From contig JBJHCF010000038.1 in the NCBI GenBank assembly GCA_050506795.1, forward strand, positions 1 to 54,026: a DNA stretch of 54,026 nucleotides. Reading direction: 5' to 3'. Both the position numbers and the translations under genes were made by a program. The notes below the pieces were generated by a model. The model saw nothing but the letters and a program-made list of their open reading frames with translations. It had not been told where the DNA came from and ran no database searches. Shown here piece after piece: positions 50,010-54,026 of the stretch (the first letter of the stretch is position 1; every line of letters begins with the position of its first letter). This stretch comes from Opitutia bacterium (GTDB lineage Bacteria; Verrucomicrobiota; Verrucomicrobiia; Opitutales; T3Sed10-336).

Positions 50010-50579
50010 ATGGGACAGGGAAATCTCGTATCGATGATGAACCACGCCATCGTTCCCGCGTTGCAGCCCCTGGCGGGTGAAGACTTTGAGCAGTTGGCTC
50101 GTCCGTGTTACGATCGCGTCTACCTTTTCGTGGCGAAACAGGTGAACGACCGAACGGAAGCCCAGGATATCACACAAAAGATCTTCATTCGCGCCTACCG
50201 GGGGTTCGATCGGTACGACAGCGATCGCCCCTTCGCTCCGTGGCTTTTTCGAATCGCCCGTCGCGCGATCGCCGATCACTTTCGGCGTCGCGCGGCGCCC
50301 GACGATACCTTGCCCAACTGCGTGGCCGATCCCGCCCCGGGAACCGTCGAGCGCGTCGAGCAGGCGGAATGCCACGACACGCTTTGGGCGCTCGCTCGTC
50401 AACTGAAACCGAAATTGCACCAAGTGCTTTATCTGTACTATTCGGAGTCGTTTTCGCTGCGAGAGGTCGCACAGATCATGGGGGTAACGACTCCCCACGC
50501 GAAGGTTCTGCTCTTTCGTGCCCGGCTGGCGCTGAAGAAGGTGCTTGAAACCGCCGAAGGCAAGGAGATTGGACTATGA
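50010..50579 (+). CDS. ECF RNA polymerase sigma-70 factor (start 50010-50037 uncertain)
   Basis: Region 2 EAQDITQKIFIRAY..FAPWLFRIAR; region 4 SLREVAQIMG..KVLLFRAR. Confidence 0.93.
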   Translation: MGQGNLVSMMNHAIVPALQPLAGEDFEQLARPCYDRVYLFVAKQVNDRTEAQDITQKIFIRAYRGFDRYDSDRPFAPWLFRIARRAIADHFRRRAAPDDTLPNCVADPAPGTVERVEQAECHDTLWALARQLKPKLHQVLYLYYSESFSLREVAQIMGVTTPHAKVLLFRARLALKKVLETAEGKEIGL

Positions 50580-51166
50580 AGACGAATTTCGCTCGCTTGA
50601 TCGTCACGTTTTTCGCGGCCATGGGGACACGCTGTCCTCGAAATCTGTTTCCCAGTTCCTGGTCCGGCGCTCTGGATCGGGCGGAAGCGGAGGATCGTAA
50701 TCTCGAGCGCCGGCTTCGGGCTCCGCAATCGCCGGAGGCGATTCCGGACTCGCTGCATACGGATATCGATCGTGTCCTGCGCCGCGAACCCGATAGCGGT
50801 ACGGCGGTTGGGTTGAGAATTCCCACTGTCGTCCTCGCTGCGGCGACCGCCGTTCTGCTGGCGCTTGGGGGACTCTGGATTTACCGGTTCCAGGAAACCT
50901 CTACGACCCCACACGCCGTTGCGCCCCGTGTTGAACCCGTCGATGAGCCGATTGCCACCGTCGCAATTCCGTCGGACTTAAGGCCGGCGATCGCCTCCAT
51001 TCCGGTGGATTGGGAACGTTTGTTGCGGGAGGAAAAGGAACGGATCGCCGCGGACGGATTAAACGCCATAAGGTTTGTCGCCGCGAATTTTGTTCCCGAA
51101 CCCTTTATGGACGAAGTGGACTCCCACCTCGACAGGTGGGAGGCACAGGTGATACCGAATCGCTGA
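50576..51166 (+). CDS. Putative single-TM anti-sigma factor
   Basis: ATGA overlap with the ECF gene; central TM helix VVLAAATAVLLALGGLWIY. Confidence 0.7.
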   Translation: MKTNFARLIVTFFAAMGTRCPRNLFPSSWSGALDRAEAEDRNLERRLRAPQSPEAIPDSLHTDIDRVLRREPDSGTAVGLRIPTVVLAAATAVLLALGGLWIYRFQETSTTPHAVAPRVEPVDEPIATVAIPSDLRPAIASIPVDWERLLREEKERIAADGLNAIRFVAANFVPEPFMDEVDSHLDRWEAQVIPNR

Positions 51167-51289
51167 AGGAGCCGTTTCGCATTGGGGTTGCCATAGGCGA
51201 ATCGGCATTGGACGTAGGAGGAATGCTACGGTTAAGACGGTTCATCGCTTGAGAAACCGAATTGAAATCGGAATCGCGCCTCTGCTTCC

Positions 51290-51396
51290 TGGAGGGTGGC
51301 GCTCCCGCGCCGCCGGTGCGGGCAATATGCCCCCAGGCCCGCGGCCATGGCGGAGCATGGCCCTCCAGCAAATCTTGCGCGATTTGCGCAAGATTT
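51290..51396. repeat. TGGAGGG-type REP doublet plus AAATCTTGCGC..GCGCAAGATTT hairpin
   Basis: Arms 51290-51315 and 51342-51367; hairpin 51370-51396; inverted counterpart of 11779-11872. Confidence 0.82.
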
Positions 51397-51419
51397 CAGA
51401 ATTAAGGGACTGAAAGAGA

Positions 51420-52715
51420 TCAACCGGAGACGCGGTAAAGGCCGGCGCCGTGGGAATCGATGTCCGGAGCGAACGCGGTGGTGAATGATCCCAGGTCCTC
51501 CCCGGACCAGAGGTTGCGTATGGCGGCCGGGGTTTTCCACCCCTGCGCCGCCAGGTCGAAGGGGATCGCCTGGCGTTTTTCTCCGAGGTTGAAAACCGCC
51601 AGGTAGCGGTCGCCCGAATCCGGGGCTTCGGCTCCCCAGACGGCAAAATCTTCGCACCGCATCAACTCACGGCCGTTGATGCTGTGCTGATTGATCTCCA
51701 GGACTTCCCGGTTGGTGATCAGGGCGAGGGTGGCTTTGTCCATTTTAGTGAGATCGCCGCCGTACATGAGGGGTGAACTGGCAATGCTCCAGAGGGTCAT
51801 CAGGGTCACCTGTTCGCTGGGGGTGAACCGGGTGGGGCGGCCGAAATCGACGATGCCCAGGGGCAGCATGTCGGCGTCCGGGTAGTATCCGGATCCCCGG
51901 TACGGCGTCCAGTCCCGCAGGCGGTCAAACTGTTTCAAAAGCTCCGGCCACTGGTCCCAGAAATCGTCGCTTATCCGCCACATGTTGGCGTGCGCCGCGG
52001 CGTGTTCTCCCGCCGTCAGGGCGGTGGCGCCGGGAGAGAAGCTGAGCACTATGGGGCGACCGGTCTTGTCGATAGCGCGGCGAATCGCCTCGATTTCCTT
52101 TTCGTTGTTGTGATAGGGGCGGCTGATGTCGTCGACCTTCACAAAATCGACGCCCCAGGAAGCCAGCAGCGCGAACACCGAATCGTAGTACTCCTGCGCT
52201 CCGGGTTTGGTCATGTCGACCCCGTACATGTCGGGGTTCCAGGTGCAGGTGTCGGTGGTGTCGGCGATATCGGCGGCATGGAAGCCGGTTCCGAGGACCG
52301 GGCTGTTCCGTTTCACCGCCAGCCGGGGAATGCCGCGCATCAGGTGGATCCCGAACTTGAGCCCCTTGCCGTGGATGTATTCGCCGAGCGGCCGGAAACC
52401 GGCGCCGCCGGTAGCGGATGGAAAACGGTTGGGTGCGGGGAGGAGTCTTCCGTAGTCATCAAGGTGCAGGTCGGCTTCCGGCCGATACTCATGACCGCTC
52501 GAATCCGGTTCGTACCACTGAATATCGACCACCACGTACTCCCAGCCGTAGGGCAGCAGGTGCTCCGCCATGTAGTCTGCGTGCGCTTTGGTTTGAGCTT
52601 CGGTGACGGTGGTCCCGAAACAGTCCCAACTGTTCCACCCCATTGGTGGTGTCGGCGCCCAGCGATGAAAGGGTTTGGCGGGGAGGGGAGAGGTTCGCTT
52701 ATTTTTGTCGTTCAT
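51420..52715 (-). CDS. GH27 glycoside hydrolase (probable beta-L-arabinopyranosidase or alpha-galactosidase)
   Basis: TPPMGWNSW, VVVDIQW, GLKFGIH, FVKVDD (nucleophile), MWRISDDF (acid/base) and PDADML. Confidence 0.93.
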   Translation of the reverse strand: MNDKNKRTSPLPAKPFHRWAPTPPMGWNSWDCFGTTVTEAQTKAHADYMAEHLLPYGWEYVVVDIQWYEPDSSGHEYRPEADLHLDDYGRLLPAPNRFPSATGGAGFRPLGEYIHGKGLKFGIHLMRGIPRLAVKRNSPVLGTGFHAADIADTTDTCTWNPDMYGVDMTKPGAQEYYDSVFALLASWGVDFVKVDDISRPYHNNEKEIEAIRRAIDKTGRPIVLSFSPGATALTAGEHAAAHANMWRISDDFWDQWPELLKQFDRLRDWTPYRGSGYYPDADMLPLGIVDFGRPTRFTPSEQVTLMTLWSIASSPLMYGGDLTKMDKATLALITNREVLEINQHSINGRELMRCEDFAVWGAEAPDSGDRYLAVFNLGEKRQAIPFDLAAQGWKTPAAIRNLWSGEDLGSFTTAFAPDIDSHGAGLYRVSG

Positions 52716-52757
52716 GGTAGTGCCTGGCGAGGCATAGCCTCAGACCAGGAGTAATGA

Positions 52758-52836
52758 CACCGCAGAGAGGGGAAGGTCGCAGAGAAGGACAAGACATACC
52801 GAATGATTTCTCTGCGACCTTCCAACCTCTGCGGTG
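52758..52836. repeat. Long imperfect palindrome with CGCAGAG subrepeats
   Basis: CACCGCAGAGAGGGGAAGGTCGCAGAGAA (52758-52786) versus TTCTCTGCGACCTTCCAACCTCTGCGGTG (52808-52836). Confidence 0.75.
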
Positions 52837-52880
52837 CCGAAAAACTTGACTCATCTGCAACACCGTTTCGTTTTTCACGC

Positions 52881-54026
52881 TAGTGTAGCCCGTCAAGCAG
52901 TCTGTAACTTATTCAGTTTTGCGCGACCACGCTTTACTTTCTCCAGAATATCCTTGGCGGTTGCTGTCCAGATGAAAGGTTTCGGCGTCTTATTATGTTG
53001 GGCGATGTACCGTTCGACGGCTTCGGTTAGGTCAGCAACACTCTTGAAAACTCCACGCCTTATCCGACGCTCGGAAATATCGCGAAACAATCTTTCCACC
53101 ATATTCAGCCATGAGGCACTGGTCGGGGTGAAGTGACAGTGGAAGCGTTTGTTTCGTTCAAACCATCGTTTTACCTTGCTGTGTTTGTGGGTCGAATAGT
53201 TGTCACAAATGATATGGACCTCCTTTCCTGCTGGGACACTGCGCTTGATTTGATTAAGAAACCGGATCCATTCCTGGTGGCGATGCTTGCTCATACATGT
53301 CCCAATCACTGAACCATCAAGCACATTGAGCGCAGCGAATAGTGAAGTCGTACCATTGCGTTTATAGTCGTGAGTCATTGTGCCGCAGCGACCTTTCTTT
53401 ATCGGTAATCCGGGCTGGGTGCGATCCAGCGCTTGCATCTGGCTTTTCTCATCACAGGAGAAGACCAAGGCATGTTCGGGGGGATTGAGATAAAGACCAA
53501 TTACATCCTCCAGCTTCTCAACAAACTGCTTATCGTTGGAAAGCTTAAAGGTTTTGCTCAGATGCGGTTTTAGGCCATGCTCGCGCCAAATACGGCCGAT
53601 GGTGGACTCGCTTATACCCGTCGCTTCAGCCATCAGTTTGCGACTCCAATGAGTGGCGTTTTCAGGCGTCTCCTCAAGAGTCTTCTTTATGATATTGGCC
53701 TTCTTGCGATTCGAAATGCTTGGAAAGCGACCAGGCCGCGGGGCATCTTTCTCAATTCCCTCCATCCCAAACTCAGCGAATCGTTCCCTCCAGCGACTTG
53801 CTTTTTGACGACTTATCCCTAAAACCCTGCCAATCTCAATGTTCTCCCGTCCTTGATCCGACAACAGAACAATCTTCGCACGCTCTGCAAGTCGTACAGA
53901 AGCACTTCGACTCCGGCTAATGGCATCAAGCTTCCGGCGGGTCTCTTCGTCCAATTTAATTTCGGTTGCACGTCTCATAGGGAATATGAAACCAGAACGG
54001 CCTATATGTTCCATTATTTATGGCGG
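52881..54026 (-). mobile_element. IS630-family insertion sequence; the other end lies beyond the window
   Basis: Transposase gene, CTAG/TA junction at 52880-52883 just after the stop (GCTACACTAG on the minus strand), visibly lower GC than the flanks. Confidence 0.85.
52893..53978 (-). CDS. IS630 family transposase
   Basis: N-terminal HTH; DDE motifs FSCDEKSQ, IICDNYSTH and SWLNMVE; THDYKRNGT; PKPFIWT. Frame is intact. Confidence 0.96.
   Translation of the reverse strand: MRRATEIKLDEETRRKLDAISRSRSASVRLAERAKIVLLSDQGRENIEIGRVLGISRQKASRWRERFAEFGMEGIEKDAPRPGRFPSISNRKKANIIKKTLEETPENATHWSRKLMAEATGISESTIGRIWREHGLKPHLSKTFKLSNDKQFVEKLEDVIGLYLNPPEHALVFSCDEKSQMQALDRTQPGLPIKKGRCGTMTHDYKRNGTTSLFAALNVLDGSVIGTCMSKHRHQEWIRFLNQIKRSVPAGKEVHIICDNYSTHKHSKVKRWFERNKRFHCHFTPTSASWLNMVERLFRDISERRIRRGVFKSVADLTEAVERYIAQHNKTPKPFIWTATAKDILEKVKRGRAKLNKLQTA

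Overview
GC-rich bacterial chromosome segment. Gene order and protein signatures suggest Verrucomicrobiota, probably Opitutales (inference, no database search run). 1-12 kb is accessory: a ~255-bp tandem array of inverted-repeat elements, a cupredoxin lipoprotein plus heme O synthase with an FNR-like promoter, a BlaI repressor plus a 1277-aa M56/BlaR1-type protein, a repeat-bounded ~1-kb segment with an intact Phd antitoxin, an internally deleted VapC toxin and a GTAG-REP cluster, and a GntR/YtrA-ABC operon whose permease is fused to RCC1-like repeats. 12-16.5 kb has HU, a Gfo/Idh/MocA-TIM barrel-Gfo/Idh/MocA operon and miaA. 16.9-36.0 kb is the str-S10-spc-alpha ribosomal supercluster, lacking tuf, rpmD, infA and rpmJ here, with an unknown exported-protein gene between rpsS and rplV and a SecY carrying an extra C-terminal hydrophobic helix. 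36-52.7 kb has a small Zn-ribbon membrane protein, guaA, a LolA-like protein, hisD/C/B/H, citrate synthase, an Etr1-like reductase, a GH112 phosphorylase, a YteT-like oxidoreductase, an ECF sigma module and a GH27 glycosidase. An IS630-family element runs to the right edge. No rRNA, tRNA or CRISPR array was recognised. Best candidates for undescribed biology: the gene inserted in the S10 operon, the extended SecY, and the 8-nt-periodic inverted-repeat family that brackets the decayed toxin-antitoxin cassette.
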